Part shown: positions 12,653 through 23,204 of the stretch, one piece after another
How positions within the stretch are numbered: position 1 is the first letter of the stretch
Layout: each line of letters starts with the position of its first letter
Source of the DNA: Utricularia gibba
Lineage: Eukaryota; Plantae; Magnoliophyta
Assembly (NCBI GenBank): GCA_002189035.1
Contig: NEEC01000017.1
Span: 744,001 to 808,000, forward strand
DNA: 64,000 nt
Reading direction: 5' to 3'
Made by a program: the position numbers and the translations under genes
Notes under the pieces: model-generated
What the model saw: the letters and a program-made list of their open reading frames with translations, nothing else
Database searches by the model: none
Told to the model about the DNA's origin: nothing

Positions 12653-14152
12653 ATGGCTTATCTTGTGTCGGCGCAGTCGCCGCCCGTACTGGTGCAATCG
12701 AGAAACACGTTTCTGCCCAGGTTTCTGTTCAAGTTTCCAATGTCTTCTCCAGAAATATTCAATTTGATGCTAACACAACTCAGTTGCTCGTTTTGGGTGC
12801 GTTAGTTTCAGGGTCATAGTTTTTAGATTCTGTAATGCTACTGTTTGTTGTGTTGAAATTTCCCTTTTTAAGTGTTACTGACTAGTTTGTCTTGTAATCT
12901 AGGATTGTCTCTGGGAAGGAAGCGTGCAACATGGCCATAGATCAATCATCATCCCTGAAATGTGGTCTGAAACAGACTGTAGCAAGTTTTGCAGCATCCG
13001 TCCTGCTGCTGTCTCAGATGAATCTGGTTAGAGTCATTTCATCTGGTACATCAAGCTTATCTTCAATTCAACACCAAGAGCTGTAAGGAACTCCTGTGTG
13101 ATGTCAGTAGTTTATGATCGCTGCTTCATAAGCTTTTTCAATTGGAGTGTGTGGAATGAAAATCTGGATTGCTGAAGTAGTTCAGTTGGAGTGTTCATTT
13201 TCCCCAACCTGATATCTCTCTCATTCCTCTTGCTGATGGGTCAGGCGAAAGCAGCAGATTTTGTTCCAGGAGACATTACCAGGATTGCTGCCGGTGTCAC
13301 TGGTGATAGGATTATTCTTCCTTCAGAGGATGATCAAGGAAACAAGAGCGCCTTGTTAATGATGAGTGGAATGAGCGTGAAGAACTTCGATCCAACGAGA
13401 TACGCTGGACGATGGTTCGAAGTAGCTTCTATGAAACGTGGATTTGCCGGTCAAGGCCAAGAAGACTGCCACTGCACTCAGGTAGTCAGAAAAACAAAAA
13501 ACACTTGGTGTTCCAACTGATTCTGTTCCAGCTTCGAAGCAACAAATTTAATGAATCTCATGTTACTTGTATGCAATTGCAGGGCGTGTATACATTTGAC
13601 ATTGATAAACGGGCAATTCAAGTGGACACATTCTGCGTCCATGGAGGGCCTGATGGATATATCACAGGGATAAGGGGAAGGGTTCAATGCCTTTCCGAAG
13701 CAGAGACACTAAGCACAGAAACTGCTTTGGAAAAGCAGGAAATGATCAAGGAGAAGTGCTTTCTCCGTTTCCCTACTCTGCCTTTCATCCCTAAAGAGCC
13801 CTATGATGTTATAGCAACGGATTATGATAACTATGCACTCGTCTCTGGAGCCAAAGACAGGAGCTTTATACAGATATACTCAAGAACACCGAATCCCGGC
13901 CCGGAATTCATCAGCAAGTACAAGCTGGTTTTAGCGGATTTCGGGTATGATTCGGCCAAGATTAAGGACACCCACAAAGACTGCGAGGTGATGTCCAACA
14001 GTCAGCTTGCAGCGATGATGTCCATCTCAGGAATGCAGCAAGCTCTCAACAATCAGTTCCCTGATCTTGCACTCAGTTCTCCCCTCGAGCTCAATCCCTT
14101 TACAAGCGTATTCGACACCCTGAAGAAGCTCCTGGAGCTCTACTTCAAGTAG
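12653..14152 (+). CDS. CHL: Chloroplast (thylakoid lumen) lipocalin, 4 exons: 12653-12720, 12903-13026, 13245-13481, 13583-14152
   Basis: All introns GT-AG and exon phases join in frame. Lipocalin SCR1 'FDPTRYAGRWFEVAS', 'GQEDCHCTQGVY', 'KCFLRFPTLPFIPKEPYDVIATDYDNYALVSGAKD', C-terminal 'FDTLKKLLELYFK'; transit-peptide-like N-terminus with an AKA cleavage-like site. Confidence 0.95.
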
Positions 14153-14895
14153 TAATGCATCAGTTTCAGATGCACATTTGTGAATGACATCTGAAACATG
14201 ATGGATCCCTTGTTTGCTGTGTTGTAATCCACTGATCCTCTTCAATCCCTCACACTGTATCTCTGCAAGTATTTCAAAGCATCTGTCAAGTTTCACAGGA
14301 AAAAACCAACATGAGGAAAGAGCACTTCCGATGGATTGTTGAAGAGTGATATATCTCATAAATGTGATGTGTCCGAGGACCATTCCACGAACAAGTAAAA
14401 AGATATCACTCCAACAAAGGGAATTTACTCTGCCGGATATTCTATCCTGTTGCCTTCAGATAAGGAAAGCAGAAGGGCCAACTCCACTCGGTTCAAACTT
14501 TGAACAGTTGGATACATCACCATCTGTCTTGATTCTCGTGTCTCTCATCAAACAGCTTAGCGCATAATGGAATAATAAAAACCATAGTGACTAGAAACTC
14601 TGAATGAACACCGGAGCTGGTTATCGAATCTGATGGTTGTAGGGATCAGCCAATGTGTTATGTAGACATTTCACCACCAATTTGCCACACATTGAAACAA
14701 CAAGAGTAGTTAGGAGATGTTTAAAGAAAGGAAGAAACTTTAAATCGTCTTGAATGCGGGCACATGAAAGAGGTGACCACATGAGCATATAACAGTGCTA
14801 CTAAGCCTACCTAAGGCTGCTACAGATTTGTGAAAGGCCAAGGCGAAATGCTTCACCAACCAAAGACAAAGGAAGGATCTTCGTTCTCAACAAGG

Positions 14896-15243
14896 ATGAA
14901 GGATGTCTGGGAGGTCTACCACGGCGTCCTGGCCAGAAACCCAGACATGAGATCGTGTCAGCTGGCCGCCATTGGAACCAGAGGCACAGTGGGATCACTC
15001 ATCACTCAAGAAATCGCCTTCTTCAACCGCCTCGATGTTAGTAGATGCAACAAGCAGATGCAGAAGAGAAAAGGAGAGTTCTGTGACGCCAAGCTTGCAC
15101 CAGTGTGCGCCATCCCTGTAAAGAAGAAGTGGGAGGCAAGAGGATTCATACCGAGCATATGTTCCACGGTGGAGATAGCGAATGAGGTATCAAGTCTCAA
15201 TTACAGAAGCTTGAAAGCTGATATAAAGAGCTTGAGTACATAG
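14896..15243 (+). CDS. Small intronless conserved plant protein of unknown function (start at 14896 or 14947)
   Basis: N-terminal 'AIGTRGTVGSLITQEIAFF' and C-terminal 'GFIPSICSTVEIA..LNYRSLK' match motifs I recall from a family of short uncharacterised plant proteins; open frame with a basic middle segment. Confidence 0.7.
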   Translation: MKDVWEVYHGVLARNPDMRSCQLAAIGTRGTVGSLITQEIAFFNRLDVSRCNKQMQKRKGEFCDAKLAPVCAIPVKKKWEARGFIPSICSTVEIANEVSSLNYRSLKADIKSLST

Positions 15244-15522
15244 ACCAGTGCTGCCTGTTTTCGGTTTTAGAATTGCTTTTGCACCACCTCTCTCGTTTGC
15301 ACTAGCCAAAGAACATCCCTTTCTCTGATAAAGGTTCAATTTCCTTAGCTTCCATCAACACTTGATGATCCCAAATAAAGATTTAATATTTTACAAGGAA
15401 AAGCAGAGAATTTTATAGGAAACAAGGCTGCTCTGCTTCATTTGCCAACATGAAATGTATCATTGAATTGTATAAATATGATGATTTAATAAGAAAATGT
15501 AATGTATAAATTGAGAAAGATC

Positions 15523-16419
15523 TTAGTTTTCATTTACGCCGAGGATCTCCGTTTCCTCGGTCCAGTCGGAGTTTGGAGGGCTCCATGAGCGTGGCCTTAC
15601 TCCGAGCCTGAAAAAGATGGCCATTTCCATGGCCTCGAAGAATCTGAAATCATCCAAAAAGTCGTTCCATACGCCGCTAACGATACAGTAATTGTTGTTG
15701 AACGGCGCACGGTGGTGGGCTGCGTGTTGGCTGCGTGAGACGAGCACCCCGGCGTCCTGGAGCGCCGCCACGACCGCTGGCAAACGGCTTTTCGGGGTAT
15801 GGGCCCACGCGTGGAACTGTTGGCTGAACATGATGCAGCCGGAGCAAATCCCGACGAACCCCAACCACACGCCGTCGTGACAGAGGAAGTTGATAGGGAG
15901 AACAGAGAAGGTTACGGCTCGCGCCAGCGCGTGCAAATTGTTAGCAAACTGGCGGCGCGTGATAACCCAGGGCCATTTATGGTGACCCTGAAACGCTTCA
16001 ATTTGGGTGCCGACGACCGGCGTCTCAGCGCCGCCATAATTGTCGATCGCCCAATGGTAGACACCGGAACCCAAATCGGCGAGCACGTAGCCGATGTAGC
16101 CGGCGAGGATTGTTTCAGCCCAGACGCTAGAAGCAAATGCTCCATTGATGGACTCCGTGAGAGACATCAGCACGGTGCCGCAGCCACCGGCGACCCACGC
16201 CCTGTGTGACCATGTCGATTTCAGGGCAGCATCATTTACCGAAGTTGTTCGGCTAGGAACGGTATAATCCAATATTATCTGATCAGAATTGGTCTTGGGG
16301 CGGCGGGGCTTGATATGTGTTACGACGGAGCAACGAATCGGCACCGTAGATCCGGGGACCCCACCAGACACCCCGGTATGGAAGCTGGAAACTTGAAGCC
16401 GCAAAGACGAGATCGCCAT
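15523..16419 (-). CDS. FAD4: Fatty acid desaturase 4 (plastid PG delta-3-trans-16:1 desaturase, TMEM189/Kua family), intronless, 298 aa
   Basis: His boxes QGHH, HAWAH, HAAHH; 'ADLGSGVYHWAIDNYG' and 'NNNYCIVSGVWN'; Ser/Thr/Arg-rich transit-peptide-like N-terminus. Confidence 0.96.
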   Translation of the reverse strand: MAISSLRLQVSSFHTGVSGGVPGSTVPIRCSVVTHIKPRRPKTNSDQIILDYTVPSRTTSVNDAALKSTWSHRAWVAGGCGTVLMSLTESINGAFASSVWAETILAGYIGYVLADLGSGVYHWAIDNYGGAETPVVGTQIEAFQGHHKWPWVITRRQFANNLHALARAVTFSVLPINFLCHDGVWLGFVGICSGCIMFSQQFHAWAHTPKSRLPAVVAALQDAGVLVSRSQHAAHHRAPFNNNYCIVSGVWNDFLDDFRFFEAMEMAIFFRLGVRPRSWSPPNSDWTEETEILGVNEN

Positions 16420-16787
16420 TGAAGAAAAATGGAGGTGAGCAGGTAGTGGCCAAGAAAAGTGTGGTATAAAAAAGGTAGCCCGCAGGTGTGGTTGCCGATC
16501 TGTTCATCGCTCCACCATACAAAAAAATTGTGGCCGCCTTTCACAACGACGGCTTCACCTAGAATTTGGCCACGTCTCCTCTAAAGGTATCACCCCAAAT
16601 GAACAGTACCCAATAAGCCTGGTTGTAAAAGGCAACTCTGTCGAGGACAATCAAATCAGAAGAAAAAAACATTTGTTACAGCACTTCTGTATGAAGATGC
16701 AAACACAGTTCAAGACCAAAGATACACTTTTCCATGCTACTACAAGTTTACTTTCTCATCATCAACGCAGAAGGGCAGGGTAAAACT

Positions 16788-17706
16788 TCACTCTTTTTTT
16801 GGTCCAATGTGATTCCCTCCAGTTGCTAATTTGTAAGCATAAAAACCAGTCATGATGACGCTGCATAAGAGTAGATGATTAAGATTCAGAAAAAAAACAT
16901 GAAATCTGTAGTAATGTCAGAGACAGAGACTCCTTGTTTCGGTAATTACAGTGAACATTGACATTTGACATGGAGCATCGGTTGCCACAATAACAAATTG
17001 TTCATGTAAAGGAAGTGGGAACACATATTCGGCTATGCAGGTGTCCTTATGCTCTTACAGAGACAAGAGCAGTTACCTGAGTCCAGCAACAATGCCAGCG
17101 GGCATGATCTTTCCAGTATGCAAGTACCTCTGTCCCATAACAAATGCGAGCACGGCAGCAATAGCTGGATGCAGCAGTTTCACAAAAGAAATATAAAATT
17201 TCAGGGAGGAGAGAACTTAAAGACACAATACACATAAAAGCGAAAACCAGTTCACATCATTGGAGCTAAAAATTCGCAGTAATTAGGATTTACAGGCATG
17301 AATCGTGTTGATCCTGTAAAAGGCAAGCTTCCTTCATCAAAAAATAGAATTGAAATATGAATCAAGGCCAAGTAGGAGCACCAACAACATCAAAGATGCG
17401 TATCAAACACATCATACAGATACATCATCATAACCCACAAACAGATACGGCATTCCGGAAATCGTATCACATCAATTCAACAACACTCGCGTTACATTAA
17501 TCCCTACCCGTTTCTAGAATCAAGGCCAAGTAAGAGTTCCCCCGCTTGTGAAAAGCTTGAAGGCTAAGATACCCAGCAAGGATAAGCAGCAACCCACTTC
17601 CTGCCCCTCCGGCTAGCGATGCCGTGCTGCCTTTCGTCACATACCCGATTACGCCTCCCACCACCAGAAGAAACCCATACGGAATCGTGAAACAGAAATC
17701 ATGCAT
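16788..17706 (-). CDS. FAX5/6: FATTY ACID EXPORT 5/6-type TMEM14 protein, 119 aa, 3 exons: 17508-17706, 17077-17164, 16788-16860
   Basis: 'MHDFCFTIPYG..GGVIGYVTKGSTASLAGG', 'RYLHTGKIMPAGIVAGLS', 'KLATGGNHI'; GT-AG introns join in frame; no transit peptide. Confidence 0.93.
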
Positions 17707-18142
17707 TTTTGGAACTGGGTTATCGCAAATACGCGGAATCACAATCTACAAAGATGAAGATTCGTAAAACGCTGAATCCTTCCTTCAAAGCTCGAGCCTT
17801 TTCTTTTCCGGTGGGATCGGTCTCCTAACTAAACAAGCCACCATCATTGACCTTCAACCTGCTCCTTTAATTGAAATTACCTTATCAACCACCCCTTTCT
17901 GCCGTGTTTCAACTGAAGCTTTTCAAATTCTCGAGGGTGAAGTCGTCTTTCTCTCCACTCTAAATAATATAGAAAAACGCGTACAAAAATAATAATATAA
18001 TAAATAAATAAATAAAACGAGATAATTGACATTTTTGGTAATTCATTTATTAACATCAATAGTAACTACAGCAAGAAGAGATGAAGGCAGACAGGCAATC
18101 ATATTACAATGCCTGCAGGGGGGCATCGGATTCCGGCAGGAG

Positions 18143-19407
18143 CTACGACGGTGCTCTGCAGGGGGCTTCGGATTCCGACAGAGGGAGCGGCAGCTGACAT
18201 GGGGGCAATGCCTTGAGGTAAACATCATAAACCAGTTTCACATACTCCTCAACCTCACTAGCAGTCCAGTTATCAGTTTTGATCGGAGGGAAAAACCTAA
18301 CGGTTATCGGCGTCGGCCGGATGTGCAACCCCCCTTTACGGCAGGCACGATGTGTGCCGGTGAACACGATGGGAACGATTGGTCTGCGCGTTTGCAAGGC
18401 CAAATGGACGAACCCCTGTTCCATATCCCGCATCTGGTTTGAACCAGTGGTTTCACAGCGTCAACGCGATGATCTCAGAGGAGGAGTTTACCTTCTTAAA
18501 AGGCAGCAACCGGCCGGTTTTCGATCTGGTGCCTTCAGGGAATATGATCAACGAGAGCTGGTTCTTCACCACGGCGGCGGCAGCCTGAAACGCAAGAGGC
18601 AACTCTTTACTAGAGATTCAGCTTCAAGTGTGATTCAAAGTGAAAAGGAGCACCACCTCGTTCATGGAATGAATGGCTGCTTTTGGATTCGACCTGTCGA
18701 TTCGAAGATGGTTTGCCAGAACGTACAGCTGACCAATGAAGGGATAGAAGATGATCTGCATCCAGAAATGAAGCTCGTCTCAGCAATGATCATGGTTGCA
18801 AATTCTTCCTGTGCAGAAAGGGATCATGAAACAAACTTCCTTCTTCGCGATCCCAACTGTTCCGGTAGGCGTCAGCCACATTACCAGGAAAACATCAAGA
18901 AGAGATGCATGATTGCATATGTAGATGGCTCTCTCTTTAGAGTGTTCTGCGCCTTCTACCTTTACAGGATTCCCCAGAATCCACATCTGCACTCAGCTAT
19001 CTGAATCATTTAACTACTGAAGTTTTAACTGTTACCAAACATTTCAGAATTCACATAGCTAGGGGAACCAGAGTTGTTGCATACAGACAAAGGCAATCAA
19101 TAACAAAGAGAGCATATCCTTTTCAACACCAGAATATTCACAAGCACAAACGAATTTTCGAAACTTACCATCACTCTCCCTGTAACATGGCCATAGATGT
19201 TCCCCTGTCTGATTCTCTGGTAAGGCCACGGCAGGAGAATCACCATAACCGATGCCCAAATCAGGGTTGTCAAAGACATCCATATTAAGCACAAAACTAT
19301 TCTAATCCAGGAAATCGAAACAGAGAGCAACCCATCTCCGTCCTCAAACTCCTCAACCCCCCGCGCAGAAACACCACCCCCGTTGCAGACACTGCCGCCA
19401 CCGGCAT
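18143..19407 (-). CDS. LPAATB: Class-B 1-acyl-sn-glycerol-3-phosphate acyltransferase (LPAAT-B, coconut/Limnanthes type), 5 exons: 19169-19407, 18837-18986, 18657-18755, 18492-18584, 18143-18415; apparent 1-nt frameshift in exon 1
   Basis: PlsC motifs NHASLLD, FPEGTRS, IVPIV; class-B signatures 'LPWPYQRIRQGNIYGHVTGR', 'GQLYVLANHLRIDRSNP'. Exons 2-5 are GT-AG and in frame. The ATG at 19407 is one base out of frame with the rest of exon 1. Confidence 0.9.
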
Positions 19408-20954
19408 GTTCAAACTTCTAAACTAAACATAACGAAAGTGAGTGGTTTACAGGAATGATTAAATCCAGGAGGGTGTCAAACAGACTAAAAAACTGTGCAG
19501 AATAAAAACTCGAAGCTGTGCTATAGAAGGAATCTTTGAAATCAATGCCAATCTTCCTGTGGGCTGAAAAGAAGAAGAGCTTTAAATGAAGTGATAAAGC
19601 TACTGCGTAGCCATAAAGAATAGTCAAAGTTTGAGATGCAACTCTCTTGTCGGAATCCATAATTTCCCAGTTTAGTACAGGCAAGTTTCTAAAAATAACC
19701 CAATTTCCTGGGCGAAAATAAAAAAGAAGAGAAAAAGTACAGAGTTCCAACTTCCGGAACTGGAGCCGCAAATCCAAACAGACGACAGAGGAGTTACCTG
19801 GGTTGGGTTCGAGACGGAGGCTGAGGAAAGGACTGGGACCAGAGAGCAACCACAGCGGGAGTCCGCTCAGACAACTTTAGAAAAAACGAATATTCTTTTT
19901 TCATATTTATCTTATAAACAAAACAGTAACGCGATTATGATTTTTAATTTTTAATTAATTTCTATAATATTTAAAAAACAGTATCATGTCAAATGAACAT
20001 AAATTATTAACAATATATACTGAATCAAATTCAAAAAAATCGTGATTAAATCATTTTAAAGTATAAACTCTTTATGTTTATAATTTTCTAGATATTTAAC
20101 ACACTAAATTTTCAAAACAAAAAATACTTCCAACATAATAAAATTTTATTTTGTGTAATTTTATAAAAATAATGAACATTTCTAAATATTGATTTTTTAA
20201 GTAGAAATCATTCATAATTTAATGTTCATATTTAATAATAAAATTAATTTCAATATAACTTTTCAATCACTTAAGATGAATTTGATAATTTGTTTAAAAT
20301 TTTAATTATACAATTTAAAATAAACAGAAATATCTTATTGAAATGTATTTAATGAATACATTAAAATTGATTAATAAATGGGATTTTACGATTATTCGTT
20401 TCCAATATTACAATAATGATTCTTAATATTTTAAATTTTATCTCACTGTATTAAAATAATGAAAAAATGAATCCATATTATTTAAACATAATTTATAATA
20501 TTTTAATAGTTAAAATTTGATATAAATAATTTTATTATTTAAAATAATTAAACTAATTAATTTTTAGTTATTTAAAAATTTGATAAATTTAATCTTCAAC
20601 TGATTGTACAAAATTTTTAAATAATACTAATTATACTCATAATTCATATAATAGAAGATTAAAAAGATCTAATATATAAAATTTTAAAAATTAATTATTA
20701 ATTGTATATTAAATTTTGAAACAAATTATACTGAATACATAAAATTATGATAATAAAAATAAACTACACCATTTTATATTAAAAATAATTATTAATTTTG
20801 ATAAAATATTAAACTTTGAAATTTATATACACATAAAACATAATTTTGAATTTATCTAAAACTTAATCGAACACTATTTACCAAATATCCTCTTAATATT
20901 CATCATAACTTGATAATTTTCTATTTATATTTTTTTACCTTAATCTAAAACCAT

Positions 20955-22880
20955 TTACACTATGCTAGATGGACTGATAGGGAAAAGTAATTTATGCAAT
21001 TTAACGAACTGACATATATCACATGTAACAAAGTTTAAAATACAAAAAAATGACAATAGGCATGTCTTTGAGTTGCAAATATGAACTAAATGACAATGCC
21101 ATAAAAGGTTCGAGTCTACAACATTAATCAAGCCACTAAACAAAGCAGAATTGTTAAGCAAAACATTGGCAGATTCAAAACAAAAATAATTAATTCCCTC
21201 ATCTAGTCTGCTGGACATTGTTACTTGATAAAAGTAAAAGGCATTGATTAAAAAGTACTTGTGGTCCAGAATATACTGGTTTCCAAAGTTTCTCCCTACA
21301 CAGACTATTTCATTGGAGACCCGATCTTGCAAAATGCAGCATGAACCGATGAAACTGTGAAACAAAGAGGGATTATAGACACTGCCTCTCGATGTGTAAT
21401 TAGGTGAACAGAACCATTTGGTAATGGCAGTGGAATGGGACTCAATAAAGGTGTAAGCTCAAGGAATAAGGAACGATCAAAGCATACATAGGGAGTAGCA
21501 TCCGTATCAATAATCCAAAACTGACAACTTGAAGGAGAGGGGAAAATTGTACCCAGAGAACTCTCCAAAATCAGCCATGTGCACCCCTCTCTGCTTGAGT
21601 ATTCATATTGAGGAGTTTCTTGAGCTCTTGAGATACAAGTTGTTGCAATGAGGATGCACCTACAGTTTCTTCCTTAGACAAGAAGGCTTCAAATCCCTGG
21701 ACATCATTCCCAGTAGGCGCAACCAGTTCAATTTGAGGGGGTATGATTTTACCTTTACTCTTCGTGAGCTTGAACCACTACAGAGGTCTCTTATTCTTTC
21801 GAGCTTAACACTCTGCTGCATCATGGCCTTTTCAATTGCACTTGATACACAACTTGTTGTTGCTGTCCCTTTTCTTGAAGTCTTCCATCTTGTTGTTCTG
21901 TTTTTGCTGGCTTGCTGTTAGTCCTTTGACCATAAGAGAAATTTCAACTTCTATAGCCTTAGTGACTCTTGATTCATCCAATTGCAACGACAAAGAATAT
22001 GTCTAGTCCAAACTGGGCACTAGTTTCATCGTTAATATCTGATTTTTGGTGACTTGGTATGTATCACTCAAACCATGTAGGAAGTGACCTAGGTGCATAT
22101 CATTTCTTATTGCTACACATTTTTGGCACATGGAGCTGAATCACATAAGTGGTATAGTGCATCCGCTGAGCTAAAAATTGATGAGTATGAATAACAAATT
22201 CAGGCATTGATCGGGTACCTTGAGCCAAGTTCGACAGATCTCTTTGCATATCATAACATTAAGGAAGATTGATCTTCTCATAGTGCTTCTCCAATGCCAC
22301 CCATATATCCCTGGCACTCCCAAAACTCCTAAATGCTATTACCAGCTCACGTGAGATGGAGTTATGAAGCTATGATCGAACTGGTGCATCTGCTCATAAC
22401 CACTTTCCATATTTTGAACTATGAATTTTCGGTTGTATCCCAACTTGTTCTTCGCTGCTAGGGCTAGTTGCATCTCTTTCTTCCAATTTGAGAAATTTTG
22501 TGATGTGAGTTCAAGAACGAGTGCTATGCTATATTAGGGTTATTAAGCATTGAAATTTGCAAAGGATCTTTTAACTATAAATGTGAATCTTTTCCTTGCC
22601 AAGATAGTTTATGAGGGCAAGAAGCCTCTTAACATCTATTTCTTCGATTTCTGCTAAATCACCCATTTCCCTTCATAGATATAGAGTTTGAGAACATCCA
22701 CACTCACCACACCATGAAATGAGTTGAGATCTCTAACAGTAAAAGCATAGAAGAAGTTGCATATTACAGGCGAATACTAGGATTTGCAGGTTTACTATGA
22801 ACCTAATTTTTCTGCTCTTTCTATTTATATTTATATATGTATTTCACAGTATGCACATGAGCCCCATTGACCCAATTAAT
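20955..22880 (-). mobile_element. Truncated, decayed Copia fragment (gag, protease, GAG-pre-integrase; Ale/Retrofit-like by inference)
   Basis: 'NFSNWKKEMQLALAAKNKLG' gag N-terminus (~22430-22560); 'FWIIDTDAT' protease; 'LWHCHLVH...CDICQFVKLHKLLFP' pre-integrase. Possible LTR remnant near 22740-22880 shares CACATGAGCCC with the LTRs at 47.5 and 56.3 kb. Confidence 0.8.
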
Positions 22881-23204
22881 TAAAACATCCTTTTTCATCT
22901 TCTACTTTCACCACTATTGTTTCTATCGTTTGTTTCAATATTCACTTATTAGATAATTAGAAAACTGATTAAATTTAGAATAAAAACAAAAGTAGGAGTG
23001 ATTCTTGTCCTTAAATCAAACAAGATCAGTGAAAAAAAAATCTAATATTTTTCTTTATTAAAAAAATGAAAGTATTACAAGCAAGTGATGAAATTTCAAG
23101 AAAAAGCCTCCAGAGTGGTGGTGTGTCTAAACGTGGCAGCTGTCATGCTCGGTTCGGCTTTGAAGTTCTCTTCCTGTTTGAAGTTCCTGATTTTCTTGAC
23201 TTTC

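Noticed and set aside
15799-16209. 136-aa plus-strand ORF (and other short ORFs) overlapping FAD4
   Set aside because: Antisense shadow of a GC-rich coding sequence; no recognisable motif.
15523-16419. FAD4 as a processed retrocopy because it lacks introns
   Set aside because: FAD4-family genes are normally intronless in plants; no poly(A) or TSD seen.
18279-19004. 241-aa plus-strand ORF across LPAAT-B
   Set aside because: Antisense to a spliced gene and crossing its introns; no domain similarity.
18143-19407. Horizontal transfer of a bacterial plsC
   Set aside because: The gene has four spliceosomal introns and the plant class-B LPAAT signatures.
19418-19849. 143-aa ORF upstream of LPAAT-B as an extra coding exon
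   Set aside because: It begins at a non-ATG codon and reads like UTR or intron sequence; the 1-nt frameshift model is simpler, though an upstream exon is not excluded.
19900-20950. Very AT-rich tract as a Helitron or satellite
   Set aside because: No periodicity, 3' hairpin/CTRR end or coding remnant could be identified.
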